Origin: Candidatus Latescibacterota bacterium
GTDB taxonomy: Bacteria > Latescibacterota > UBA2968 > GCA-2709665
Assembly (NCBI GenBank): GCA_965237675.1
Contig: OZ250150.1
Location: 736,001-800,000 of the forward strand
DNA length: 64,000 bases
Direction: 5' to 3'
Shown here: in pieces, positions 18,002 through 27,919 of the stretch
Layout of the letters: the number at the start of each line of letters is the position of its first letter
How positions within the stretch are numbered: position 1 is the stretch's first letter
Made by a program: the position numbers and the translations under genes
The notes under the pieces: model-generated
The model's input: only the letters and a program-made list of their open reading frames with translations
What the model was told of the DNA's origin: nothing
Database searches by the model: none

Positions 18002-19861
18002 CTACTCACATTCCCCGTAGCTGTAGACGTGTGAGCCGCTTCCGAAGTAGATGCGTCCGTTCAGCCAGTCCCCGCCGAAGCTGACGGGCACCGGGGACGT
18101 AGCCAGCATGGTGAGGCTGTGGTCGGACGGGTTGACGCGGACGATCCCTTTGACAAAGAGCATGTAGACACTGCCCGCCGGCGTGGTTACGAAGACGCGG
18201 GGGCCCTGCTGCCTGGCCGTCAGTCCGTAACTTTCCGCGGTACGTTCACTGCGAAGGACTTCCCTGGAATCTGGATCAAACGCAAAGAAGCGTTCCTGGT
18301 CTACAACCCCATAGACGAGTCCGTCCGGGCCGGGGCAGAGATCCGTGTACGATTGCGCACCGGGGAAAACGGCCTCGCGCCACAGGACCTGCCTGGATTC
18401 CAGATCCATCACATAGAGTTCGGCTTCTTCCGCCTTCCGCTCGCCCCCCGTGCCGGGATTGGTGGTGGATCCGCCCAGGAGGTTGCCGTCCGAAAGGGCG
18501 ATCAGGCTCATCGTGCTGTGATCGGGGAGAATATCGGTGTGCTCGAGCAGTACGTGCGAGCCGGTTTCCCGATCCCAGAACAGCATCCCGCCGCCCGTGT
18601 GACCGTAATCTGGTGTGCCCGCCAGGATGACGGTCTTGCCGTCCGGGTGGGCGAGCAGTGTATGCGGGCGGTTGATGGCCGGTTTGCATTCGGTCAGGAA
18701 ACGCGGGTTGGAATCGGAGTTGTCCTTGTCGGTAGGGACCCAGGGTCTGGCGGGGTCCCATTCCAGCAGAAAACCGCCCGTGTAGCCGCCGGCAAAATAA
18801 CGGTCCGTCTGCCGGGCAACGGTGTTCCACTGCCCATGGTTGGGGCGGTTGATCCATCTATCGGTCTCAGGATCGTAGCTGAAGAAGCGCGCGGGAAAGG
18901 TGGTGCCCCCGCAAATGGTGTTGTCGGGAGCAGCGGCAAGGCCCATCACGTGGGCGCCTTCGGTCGTGTATTCGAAGTCGACTTCCACGATGTGTCCGGA
19001 TTCGGGATCTTCAACGGATAGGGTTCGCGTTACCAGATCGCACGTCACGATGCGTTTGCCGTCCGGAAAGCGCCGGTGGAACAGGCCCTGGCTTCCCGTG
19101 ACGATCGGTTTTTCGTTCTGCACTTCTAACAAACCGACCGGTTTACGCGTGCCCTTGTAGAGTTCAAACCAGTTGCGGGAAATGTCGCCGGCATGTCCGT
19201 ATACCTTCCCGTCGAGGTCGCGGTAGACGTGGCCGCTCCCCTGCACGCGTTCGCTTTCCGGGAGCATGGGTTCCACGGCGCCGGAATCCGGCTCCAGACT
19301 GATGATCTGGCTGGCGGTGCTGCCGATGCCGAAGTAGACCCAACCGGCGGCGTCAGTTGCGATCGAACGGGGATATTGCCGCCAATTCTGTTTATAGACG
19401 TGACCGTAGTCCCTGAACGCGCGGGTTCGGGGATCGTAAGACAGAACGCCGCTATCCGGATGGGTGGCCGCCCAGATCCGGCCGCTGTCGTCTTCGGTCA
19501 TACCCATGGCCATCTGCGGTACTGTTTCGTGGCAGAACGTAAACGCTCGCTCGCCGGGATCGAAGGCCAGGAAGTGGCTGTGAAAATGGGTGCAAAAGAG
19601 GTTGCCGCTGGAAAGAAGGGACGAAAAAGGGCATGCATTGAAGTCATCGCCCGGAGGAAAAGGGAGGGGGAACTGTTCGCTGGCGCCGGTTTCCGCGTCG
19701 ATCAGCAGGAGGGCGTAGCAGCCCCGACGATCGTACAACCAGAGCAGGACCACGTTTCGGCCCTGTCCGTCCACGGTGGCGACAAGCCCCCGGCTGTTCC
19801 CGATGTCAGTAGCGACACCGTGGTGCCGGAAACCGTTGCCTAGATCCTGTGACACTTGCAT
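18002..19861 (-). CDS. Beta-propeller repeat protein (PQQ/Vgb-like) of unknown function
   Basis: Repeated blades (FLAFDPGER, VLSYDPRT, FFSYDPET, FFAFDPDS, GRIYFGSG). The GAGGAG RBS fits ATG 19861. Confidence 0.75.
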   Translation of the reverse strand: MQVSQDLGNGFRHHGVATDIGNSRGLVATVDGQGRNVVLLWLYDRRGCYALLLIDAETGASEQFPLPFPPGDDFNACPFSSLLSSGNLFCTHFHSHFLAFDPGERAFTFCHETVPQMAMGMTEDDSGRIWAATHPDSGVLSYDPRTRAFRDYGHVYKQNWRQYPRSIATDAAGWVYFGIGSTASQIISLEPDSGAVEPMLPESERVQGSGHVYRDLDGKVYGHAGDISRNWFELYKGTRKPVGLLEVQNEKPIVTGSQGLFHRRFPDGKRIVTCDLVTRTLSVEDPESGHIVEVDFEYTTEGAHVMGLAAAPDNTICGGTTFPARFFSYDPETDRWINRPNHGQWNTVARQTDRYFAGGYTGGFLLEWDPARPWVPTDKDNSDSNPRFLTECKPAINRPHTLLAHPDGKTVILAGTPDYGHTGGGMLFWDRETGSHVLLEHTDILPDHSTMSLIALSDGNLLGGSTTNPGTGGERKAEEAELYVMDLESRQVLWREAVFPGAQSYTDLCPGPDGLVYGVVDQERFFAFDPDSREVLRSERTAESYGLTARQQGPRVFVTTPAGSVYMLFVKGIVRVNPSDHSLTMLATSPVPVSFGGDWLNGRIYFGSGSHVYSYGECE

Positions 19862-19915
19862 TGGCAGCATCTCCTCGTAAACAAGACTTCTGCTTTTCGA
19901 AGGCCGGCAGAAGCG

Positions 19916-21271
19916 TCAGCCCGGGTCCGAAAACCGTCCTTCCATCTCCTTGCGGAGGCGGAAAACGTCGCTGTCTTCGTCGAGTTCCACGTCGGATCGA
20001 AGGATCGGCTGGCCCGCTGTAATTCTGCGTTTCAGCCTGAGTGTGTGCGCCAGGCCGATGGGCAGGACCCCGCGTTTGAACGCGCCGGCCGCTGGCATAA
20101 GTTTGCCGTAAACTCTATATCCGCCCTCGCCGTCCAGGATTTCTCCCTCGTCAAGATCGCGTTTCGCGGTGGCAGCGACGTCTGCGACAAACGCACGGGG
20201 GGAGCCGGTCGCTTCGCCGTGCACACCGGCCCGCATCACGCTGGTGGCAAGTTCCATGCCGACCAGATGGTAGGGACGGTAGATGGCCGTATAACGTCCG
20301 GAGGCATCCGTCGGCAGGCCGTATTCGGCGAAACAGCGAGGTATATAGTCGCCCGCCCCTTCGATGGTGACGTACACACCCCAGCGCAGGTGCTGGTCGA
20401 CCGGCGTTCCGTCCGGTTGCACGCAGGAAACGACCTCGACCGTTCCCTTGTGCGAGAGTTGACCGCCCGCGCTCCGGGGCCGGCAGACCTCGGGCAGGCG
20501 GTCGATTTCGCATGGCGGGAAGTTCAGACCCTCCGGCTGCGGTTCCAGCCCCGTGGCATTTGAGACAGCGGCCATTTCAATGGCCGATTTCGTTCCGTCC
20601 AGGAAGGAATTGAACATCCTCGGGTTCATCCCGCCGCGAGCCGCGGTTTCCGCGTCAATCCCGTAGTGGTCCCAGACGGTATCGGGCGTCGATGCATGGT
20701 AGGCGGGCCGATGTTTCGTGCCTTTACCGGCGCAGACGACGTTGAATCCGTTGGTCCTCGCCCATTCGACGAGTTCACAAATCAAAGCCGGCTGGTCGCC
20801 ATAGGCAAGCGAGTAGACGAGGCCGGCGGATTCCGCCCGTTGCGCCAGTACGGGTCCCGCGAGGACGTCCGCTTCGACGTTGACCATGACCAGGTGGCGG
20901 CCTTCGTCGATGGCTTTAAGGGCGTAGTGGATGCCCGCGAGTGGATTGCCGGTGGCTTCGACAACCACGTCCAGGCCGGCCGCGCAAACCAGAGCATCGC
21001 CGTCGTCGGTGAGGTGGGTGGCCCCGGTCTTAAGGGCATTGTCGAAGTCCGTTGCGGCGAATTGGCCGGGCGGCCACTCCGCGCGCCCGAGGGCTTCGCG
21101 CGCCCGGTCAATGGAGATATCGGCCACACCCAAGACATGCAGATCCGGAATGCGGCGGGCCTGGGCCAGGAACATGGTGCCGAATTTTCCGGCGCCGATG
21201 AGACCCACACGGACGGGATTGTCAGGGTCGGCGTGCGCCGGTCTCCTTCGAGGGCTACGAACGTTATCCAT
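19916..21271 (-). CDS. Homoserine-dehydrogenase-like NAD(P)-dependent oxidoreductase with a C-terminal SAF domain
   Basis: VGLIGAGKFG, MVNVEAD, YGDQP, SFLDGTKSAIEM, AKRDL..GEILDGEGGY. Confidence 0.9.
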   Translation of the reverse strand: MDNVRSPRRRPAHADPDNPVRVGLIGAGKFGTMFLAQARRIPDLHVLGVADISIDRAREALGRAEWPPGQFAATDFDNALKTGATHLTDDGDALVCAAGLDVVVEATGNPLAGIHYALKAIDEGRHLVMVNVEADVLAGPVLAQRAESAGLVYSLAYGDQPALICELVEWARTNGFNVVCAGKGTKHRPAYHASTPDTVWDHYGIDAETAARGGMNPRMFNSFLDGTKSAIEMAAVSNATGLEPQPEGLNFPPCEIDRLPEVCRPRSAGGQLSHKGTVEVVSCVQPDGTPVDQHLRWGVYVTIEGAGDYIPRCFAEYGLPTDASGRYTAIYRPYHLVGMELATSVMRAGVHGEATGSPRAFVADVAATAKRDLDEGEILDGEGGYRVYGKLMPAAGAFKRGVLPIGLAHTLRLKRRITAGQPILRSDVELDEDSDVFRLRKEMEGRFSDPG

Positions 21272-21370
21272 ACCGCACCTTGAAATGCGAAAAGCCTTGC
21301 GTGCCGCGGAGAAATACGATGGATCCAGTCCCGGATTGAATTACAGGTTCATCCGAGACCGGATATGCCA

Positions 21371-22216
21371 CTAACGACCGTTCTCGAAGCAGGCGCCCAT
21401 GTCCTCCAGGAACTGTTCGGGCTCTACCCTGCGATACCTTTCCACGCAACCATGCACGCTACCGGGGTTTTCAACTTCGTCCTGAATCGGGAAATGCCGC
21501 GTAGACAGCCCTTCAAGTTGGGACAGCCTGTAACGGCTTGTCTGTACAACCTCGTTCACGTTCGATTTGGCGCGGATTTCGACATCGGGTTCCGCGGATC
21601 TGTAGTAATGCACGGACTTCAGATGCGTCCGCATGATCTTGAACGCGTAATCCGGAAGACGCGACTCGCGCCCGCCGGGAACGAAGGATTCGGGCCAGAA
21701 GAGTCGATCGATCTGGAGATCGAACGCCTTCTTCAGCGCGCCTGAAACGCTACCGTCAAACGGAACCCACTTCGAGTCGGGCCAGACGTCCAGATTGCCC
21801 CACGGCCATCCCAGACGTTCCTTATCCAGTGAAAGGCGTCCGCTACCGGTATTGACGCCTTCCTTCGAAATGTCGAGAATGGCGAAGTGCTGCGGATAAA
21901 TAAAGAAGTCATCCGTCCGTGCCCGCCAGGCATCGTAAAAGGCCGTGGTTAGCGCCAGAATCGCGTACGAGGTGTGGAGGATGCCGTCTTCGAGGCAGGG
22001 CGAGGCGATTCCCGTGCGATCTGACTCGCGGTAGTCGGGACAGAATTCCTCGAAGGGGACGGACGTAAGGCCGTTCCCCCCGCACTTCCAATATTCGAAA
22101 TCCGGGGCGGCGAGGACTCTGCTGGTATGCATATCGGGTAACCTCGCGAACAGCGATAAACCGGCACTACGTTCGGGCGAGTCATCCACGCGCGGCGTGG
22201 ATTCGGGAATCCTCAA
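21371..22216 (-). CDS. Hypothetical protein
   Basis: 281-aa ORF, co-oriented within the operon and overlapping the upstream gene by 4 nt. No recognised motif. Confidence 0.7.
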   Translation of the reverse strand: MRIPESTPRVDDSPERSAGLSLFARLPDMHTSRVLAAPDFEYWKCGGNGLTSVPFEEFCPDYRESDRTGIASPCLEDGILHTSYAILALTTAFYDAWRARTDDFFIYPQHFAILDISKEGVNTGSGRLSLDKERLGWPWGNLDVWPDSKWVPFDGSVSGALKKAFDLQIDRLFWPESFVPGGRESRLPDYAFKIMRTHLKSVHYYRSAEPDVEIRAKSNVNEVVQTSRYRLSQLEGLSTRHFPIQDEVENPGSVHGCVERYRRVEPEQFLEDMGACFENGR

Positions 22217-22932
22217 TTCGCCTCGCCAGGGGAAACAGCGTCGTTTTGAGGGACGTCACGCGGGTCCCGGATCTGGCCCCTCCGCACCACCGACCTCATG
22301 GATCGATACATCGCGTAGACGGAAATCAGGGCCCAGACCAGAGCGATCGGGTAAGCCAGAAGCGGCGTGTCCCAATGCCGGGCGAGGATGCCCGCATCGG
22401 TGCGTTCGGTATACATCCAGAGATCGGTGCGGAAGTCGTAGAGGCTGTAAAGACAGAGCATCACGCCGAGCCACGTGGCCACCCAACGCGCGACGCCTGG
22501 CAGCAGGACGGCCGGGATCAGAAGAAGGAGGCCGCTCGCGATACCGAACATGAAATCGATGCTGACCAGGGGTATGTAGACTACCGTCATCCCGATGGCG
22601 AGGCCGCCGATCCCGGCAAGTAGTATGCGCTGCAGCCGCGGCCAGGAACTGACGTAGATGAAAAATGCGCCCAGGAAAGCGGAACCGACGTAACCGGCAG
22701 AGGCGATGATCGGAAAAAGACCGCCCCGGCTCTGCGAATGACCCGATTCGTCCCAGTTGACGCGGATTTCAAGGACTTCGCCCCCGGTAGCGATAGTGGC
22801 CCCCGCGTGGCACATTTCGTGTATCAGGACCATGAAGACCCGGAAGGGTTTGACGACGGGCGTGTCCCAAAACGCCAGCGCGATGATGGCGCAGACGATC
22901 GCGGGCCAGAAACGTTTGAGGGTAGTCAGCAT
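22213..22932 (-). CDS. M50B-like membrane metallopeptidase
   Basis: LIHEMCHA, SAGYVGS and TDAGILA motifs; multiple TM helices. Confidence 0.88.
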   Translation of the reverse strand: MLTTLKRFWPAIVCAIIALAFWDTPVVKPFRVFMVLIHEMCHAGATIATGGEVLEIRVNWDESGHSQSRGGLFPIIASAGYVGSAFLGAFFIYVSSWPRLQRILLAGIGGLAIGMTVVYIPLVSIDFMFGIASGLLLLIPAVLLPGVARWVATWLGVMLCLYSLYDFRTDLWMYTERTDAGILARHWDTPLLAYPIALVWALISVYAMYRSMRSVVRRGQIRDPRDVPQNDAVSPGEAN

Positions 22933-23655
22933 TTATTTTCTGTACTTGTTGACGACTCTGAGGTCGGTATCCCCCGACTCGGCATGAATGAACTTGACAA
23001 GCAGGGAGACTCTGTTCGCTGCGTTAAGCACGTCCCAGTAGAAGTCGCGGGTCGTTTCAATTCGGTTGTGCAGTTCGACGGCGTACGGTTCGCCTGAAAA
23101 CGCCGGCGGCGGATCTCCGTCGTCCCTGTACGTGGTGATGCAGTGGCCGAATCCGGGAATGGCCGTTTCGTAGCTGAAGTAGTGCCTGGCGGCGAAATCC
23201 CCACTCCCGTCGACGGCTTTGAGAATAGCGAGCCTGTAGGCGACGCACGGGTCGTCCAGGTTGACGATGCCGGCGATGCGGGGCGTGAAGATGGGAGGAT
23301 CGTGTTCGAAGGTCCGCGTATCCAGGGCGGATTCGAAGGTGCCGCCGCCTTGAAGCATGGCGTAAATGGTATCGGTCTGGTCGCCGTTGGAGACGATGTG
23401 ATGCCGATCGAGGATTCTTATGGGAGTATAGACGACCAGGGCGGGATTCTCCAGCGCGGATTCGTCGAAAGCCCGCGTTCTGACGATGTCGTTCTCGGCG
23501 AGAAAGACCCGGTTCCGACTCCCCGTGCTTCTGCCCATGATCCAGTAGACCTGGACGAAGTTCCTGGCGTCGGGCGTCTGGCCGATAATAATTCCCCGTC
23601 CCGGATACGCGGAGTCTCTAAGCGTGTCCAGGTTGGTTTCAACGGTGCGGCCCAA
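22933..23655 (-). CDS. IMP cyclohydrolase-like protein (PurO-like Ntn fold)
   Basis: YPGRGIIIG, YWIMGRS..SRNR, IVSNGDQTD, FEHDPPIFTPRI, HCITTY. TTG start at 23655 after AAGGAG removes the overlap with the upstream gene. Confidence 0.85.
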   Translation of the reverse strand: MGRTVETNLDTLRDSAYPGRGIIIGQTPDARNFVQVYWIMGRSTGSRNRVFLAENDIVRTRAFDESALENPALVVYTPIRILDRHHIVSNGDQTDTIYAMLQGGGTFESALDTRTFEHDPPIFTPRIAGIVNLDDPCVAYRLAILKAVDGSGDFAARHYFSYETAIPGFGHCITTYRDDGDPPPAFSGEPYAVELHNRIETTRDFYWDVLNAANRVSLLVKFIHAESGDTDLRVVNKYRK

Positions 23656-23689
23656 TTCGCAACTCTCCTTGATTCGTTTCAGGAACCGA

Positions 23690-24559
23690 CTATGCGGCCA
23701 GGGTGTCGTAAACCGCTCTTGCAAGAGCGGCGAGGCGGAGGTCAACGGTCATCCGGTCCCGGCACGTCACCTGTTTGGCCATAATGGCGACCGTATAGGG
23801 ACCGGTCGGCGAAAAGACGATGCCCACGTCGGCACGCACGCCGAGATAGTAACCCGTTTTGTGCGCAACCGTGGTTCCAACAGGCAGTGCGTAGGGGATC
23901 ACGGTTCTGAGTTGCTGACGCTTCAGGATGTCCAGGGCCCCCTCCCGGGACGCGGGTGAAAGGATATCGCCCGAATAGAGCAGTTCCAGAAGACTGCACA
24001 TATCGCGGGGGGAGGAAACGTCTGACCGGTCGAGGTCGTAACCCGCCCCGTCGGGTACGTATTCTTCGTTGAACAGCCGTTCGGTGCAAACGGCATACGT
24101 ATGGTCGGGATTGTTCGGGTCCAGGCCGACGACGCTGAAGAGCAGTTGTCTGACCGTCATCGGGATACGGGTCTTCAGGAGTCCGAGTTGCTGCATCGTG
24201 TTGTTGAGATTGTCTCCGCCAACCAGGTTGTAGAGGATATCCGTCGCGGTGTTGTCGCTGATGATAATCATCAGCATGGCCAGATCGTGCACGGTGGGAT
24301 TGAGACCCCCTGTCATTTCCTTAAGGATACCTGAGCCGGGTACGCGAAGGTTATCGGTGAGTTCGATGCGCTGGTTCAGATCGATATCGCCGCGGTCCAC
24401 CTGGCGGTAGAGTTCGACGAGCAGGGGAACTTTCAGCGTGCTGGCGGTGAAGAACACGTCGGCGGCATTGTGTTGAATGCGCTGGCCGGTTTCCAGGTGT
24501 CTGGCCGACACACCCACGGTCCCCTCGATCCTGGAGATGGCGGTTTCGACAGATGTCAT
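23690..24559 (-). CDS. Class A beta-lactamase-like serine hydrolase
   Basis: ASTLK (SxxK), SDNTA and HKTG motifs; no signal peptide. Confidence 0.9.
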   Translation of the reverse strand: MTSVETAISRIEGTVGVSARHLETGQRIQHNAADVFFTASTLKVPLLVELYRQVDRGDIDLNQRIELTDNLRVPGSGILKEMTGGLNPTVHDLAMLMIIISDNTATDILYNLVGGDNLNNTMQQLGLLKTRIPMTVRQLLFSVVGLDPNNPDHTYAVCTERLFNEEYVPDGAGYDLDRSDVSSPRDMCSLLELLYSGDILSPASREGALDILKRQQLRTVIPYALPVGTTVAHKTGYYLGVRADVGIVFSPTGPYTVAIMAKQVTCRDRMTVDLRLAALARAVYDTLAA

Positions 24560-24618
24560 TTCAAATTATCCAATCTGCGCTTCGGTTTTTGCCTTTTCTC
24601 ACGTCTCCCGTCTTGCTT

Positions 24619-26541
24619 CTACCCGATCTTTGGCATCGCCATTGAGAGTGCTTTTTGCTTCAAAACCCCGTAGCGGCGGGTCTCATAGGACGGCAACTGG
24701 CTTTCGCGCAGGTCAAACCCGAACGCGCGTTTGCTGAGCACAATGATCGGCGGCGCCTGGACACGCTTGAAGTAGTTGAGCCGCACCTGCCGCGCGATCC
24801 ACTCCAGGTCTTCGATCCAGCTGTTCACGTCCGGGAACCAGGCCCGGAATTGCTCCCGGTCATCCCACCCGATCTCATCCAGCAGAGTCCCGTCCAAAAA
24901 CCACTGGAGGAAGTCGAGAGGGTGTTTCCTATACTCGATGATCTGGCGAAGCATGGCATCGTGGTACCCATACTTGATCGGGTCTCCCAGGCCCCGGGTC
25001 ACGTCCTGGGCTTCCGACAATTCCGCACTGGGTACCGTCTCCCCGCTGATCAGGTTACCCGGAATTACTTCCTTTGCAAACACTTGCGCGTTCAAGAACC
25101 GCGCCAGCTGAAGGACCTGCACTTTATAGAGGTCTGCAATCGGGGCCACGGCGCCGTTCACGTCGCCATAAAGCGTGGCGTATCCCAGCGCCGTCTCGGT
25201 CTTGTTGCCGTTGTTCGTAAAGACCAACCCGAACTTCGCGGCCAGTGCGGCGAGAATATCCGCCCCACGAATACGCGCCTGAAGGTTCTCGTCGACGAGA
25301 CGGGTATAGTCGCCCGGCGACCTGGAGAAGCTTACGCCCCTGATCTTATCGGACAGGTACTCGTACAGATCCTGGATCGGGCAACTCAGGTAGTCCACCT
25401 CGAGAGTCCGGCAGACCTGCCTCGCGTTTTTCTGCGTGATGGACGAGTTGAACCGGGTTGGCATATTCACCGCGTACACCCGCTCGGGCCCGAAGGCCTG
25501 CGAGAGCATGCAGGTCACCACGCTCGAATCGATCCCTCCGCTGGCGCCCACCAGAAATTGGTTCTCTGTCTCCAGGATATCGTCGAGGTGCCGCAGTCCG
25601 GTCAGTATGCCATCGTAGATCGCGGCGACCTCATCCTGAGAAGAAGCGGGCGGGTCTCCGCCCCGGCTCAGAATCATCTGCTGCCGCCATGGCTGCGCAC
25701 GCCGCAGAATGTCTCCCGCCGCGGAATAGACCGTCGTATCGCCGTCGAATACGATGATATTCTTGCCGTTGTTCTGCGCCCCCACGTGGTTTACATAAAA
25801 AACAGGGATGGGAGAACGCTTTAGAATCTCCCTGACAACCCGGTTGCGCTTCAGATTCTTCTGCCACGTCCAGGGAGAAGACGACAGATTGAACAGCGCC
25901 TGCGCCCCGCGGTCGTGGAACACGCGCAACGTATCCAGAATATCTCCTCCGTAGCCGTAGTCCTGGCACCATATATCTTCGCAAAGTTGTACGCCGAACC
26001 GAAACGTCCGGCCGTTCTTCAGGCGGACCTCAAAGGGCGCGATCCAGTCGTAAACCGATCTCCCGCAAGCATCGGCCAGTTTCCGGAGCGAGTAGAAGTG
26101 GCGGTCGTCGTCGAAGAACCGGTAGTTCGGATGCAGCGTCTTGGGATGCACCCCGGCCGGCAACCCGGAAGGGATCTCGCTGCGCGTCACATAGCGGCCG
26201 TCGGCGCAGACATAGACGGCATTGTACTTTCGTATCCGGCCGTCCTCTCCGATGTTCGCTCGATCCACCACCACGTTCCCGAAGAGTACGGTAATGTCCT
26301 GACTGGCCTCCCGAATCGTTTCGCTGTATGCCGCGAAATCCTCAACGAGCGCGTCCACCTCCCACAGGTCGCCCAGGATATAGCCGGAAATGCAGAGTTC
26401 CGAAAAAACGATCAGTTCCGCGCCCTCTGCCCTCCCTTTGTCGATGTAACGCAGCATCCGTTCGACGTTCAGATCCGGCCGTGCCGCCTTCACATCCATC
26501 TGGACCAGGGCGATTTCGGGCAACGCGTCAACGCCAGTCAT
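24619..26541 (-). CDS. nadE: Glutamine-dependent NAD+ synthetase
   Basis: Nitrilase domain (FSELC, HPKT, LCEDIW) plus synthetase domain (SGGIDSS, ENLQARIRG, NKTETALGYATLYGD, PSAEL). Confidence 0.95.
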   Translation of the reverse strand: MTGVDALPEIALVQMDVKAARPDLNVERMLRYIDKGRAEGAELIVFSELCISGYILGDLWEVDALVEDFAAYSETIREASQDITVLFGNVVVDRANIGEDGRIRKYNAVYVCADGRYVTRSEIPSGLPAGVHPKTLHPNYRFFDDDRHFYSLRKLADACGRSVYDWIAPFEVRLKNGRTFRFGVQLCEDIWCQDYGYGGDILDTLRVFHDRGAQALFNLSSSPWTWQKNLKRNRVVREILKRSPIPVFYVNHVGAQNNGKNIIVFDGDTTVYSAAGDILRRAQPWRQQMILSRGGDPPASSQDEVAAIYDGILTGLRHLDDILETENQFLVGASGGIDSSVVTCMLSQAFGPERVYAVNMPTRFNSSITQKNARQVCRTLEVDYLSCPIQDLYEYLSDKIRGVSFSRSPGDYTRLVDENLQARIRGADILAALAAKFGLVFTNNGNKTETALGYATLYGDVNGAVAPIADLYKVQVLQLARFLNAQVFAKEVIPGNLISGETVPSAELSEAQDVTRGLGDPIKYGYHDAMLRQIIEYRKHPLDFLQWFLDGTLLDEIGWDDREQFRAWFPDVNSWIEDLEWIARQVRLNYFKRVQAPPIIVLSKRAFGFDLRESQLPSYETRRYGVLKQKALSMAMPKIG

Positions 26542-26596
26542 ATTTGCCGAGCCAAAGATGAAGGTTTGGTTTGACCTTCCCAATCCAACGCATTAC

Positions 26597-27904
26597 CTAC
26601 GAAATGCAGAGGGACCGACTCACGGCGGCGTGGATCCGATCCTCGGTGGAGGCCACGTACGGCCCCGTTCGCTTCCAGTACTGCTGGCTGAACCAGACTT
26701 CGTAGCCCCCTTCGGGGATCTGGCGCTTGACGGGGACGTAGCCGATGATGTCATTGGTATACCCAAGAGCCAGGACGTGGTCAAAATGCGGACCCAGTTC
26801 CCGTTTCAGGCGCAGGCCGTGCTCTACCGTCATTTCGCCCGCGAGTGTGACCACGGCCAGGGCATTTCCGAATCGTACCGTCTGAACTTCAAACGGGATG
26901 GTCGTGGGTACGGGGACATTCTTTTCGACGCATTCAAACAGATGTCGCGCCCACGCCTGAACAAACGCCCGGTTGTCATTCAGACTGGACCTGACGAGGT
27001 CCAAGTCGATGGGTTCGGTTTCCAGACCGAGAACGGTCTGTCTCACGGAAATCGGACCGGTGACCGGCTCGAGGGCGTCCGAGGCGAGGATACGGATCAC
27101 GGATTCCCCCAGCTGGACGCCGATGTCGCGGATTTCTTCAATACTCCTGGATACGAATGTATCCGACGCGGGGTCGACAGGTCTTGTTTTCTGGTCTCCG
27201 GCGCAGCCCTGGAGAAAAAACGCCGTGGCGCCCGGGACCATCGCTTCAACGTGGTCATAGGCGAAACAGACGTAGTCGCCGCCGATAAGGGTGCCGCTCC
27301 GGCTCGTGGGGTGGCACGCGTAGCTGAAGATCACGCTTCGACGTTCGCCTTCGGGAGATTCGACGACCAGCACGTGCACATCGTGGTCGTGAGGCGCTTT
27401 GTCAGAGGCTTTCCACTCCACGCCGCCTTGCCCGTCGGGCTTTCGGCGTGAAACGGCGATGTCACAACTCCCGGTGCCGAAACGAAGCCGGGCGGGCTGC
27501 CGGTTCTCCCATGCCGTTTTCGCGCAACGGGTGACCCGGCTCATGAGTTCCTCGACGTACTCCTCGTCCAGGTCGCCGTGGCGCTGGCGGTCCATTTCAC
27601 GGATACAGGGGCCGCAGTGGGTGTGCGATCCACTGAGAATGATGCTGGCCGGCCCGACGCCCGTTGCGGCGGCAATCCGGGATCGGACCTGGTCCGTGTG
27701 TTCATAGAAGCCGAGGACTTCGGCACTGACGATGAGCAGCGGGCTTGTGCCGTCGTCGATGGCGATGGCATTGGCTTTCAACGAATGGTAGACGGCCGTG
27801 GAGGGGTCCGTGCGGGCGGCGAACCCGGCCAGATAGATGCCGACTGGAGGCGTGATGTCATCGCCGCTCACGCCGATCCGATACGTGTGGTTGGACAACG
27901 TCAT
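26597..27904 (-). CDS. Neutral/alkaline ceramidase-like hydrolase
   Basis: DITPP, GSHTHCGP, YACHPT, FLQGCAGDQ and GGYE motifs. Confidence 0.85.
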   Translation of the reverse strand: MTLSNHTYRIGVSGDDITPPVGIYLAGFAARTDPSTAVYHSLKANAIAIDDGTSPLLIVSAEVLGFYEHTDQVRSRIAAATGVGPASIILSGSHTHCGPCIREMDRQRHGDLDEEYVEELMSRVTRCAKTAWENRQPARLRFGTGSCDIAVSRRKPDGQGGVEWKASDKAPHDHDVHVLVVESPEGERRSVIFSYACHPTSRSGTLIGGDYVCFAYDHVEAMVPGATAFFLQGCAGDQKTRPVDPASDTFVSRSIEEIRDIGVQLGESVIRILASDALEPVTGPISVRQTVLGLETEPIDLDLVRSSLNDNRAFVQAWARHLFECVEKNVPVPTTIPFEVQTVRFGNALAVVTLAGEMTVEHGLRLKRELGPHFDHVLALGYTNDIIGYVPVKRQIPEGGYEVWFSQQYWKRTGPYVASTEDRIHAAVSRSLCIS

Positions 27905-27919
27905 TCAATCTGCTCCCGT

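Noticed and set aside
23690-24559. Antibiotic-resistance beta-lactamase
   Set aside because: It has no signal peptide and sits in a metabolic operon; it is better described as a generic class-A-like serine hydrolase.
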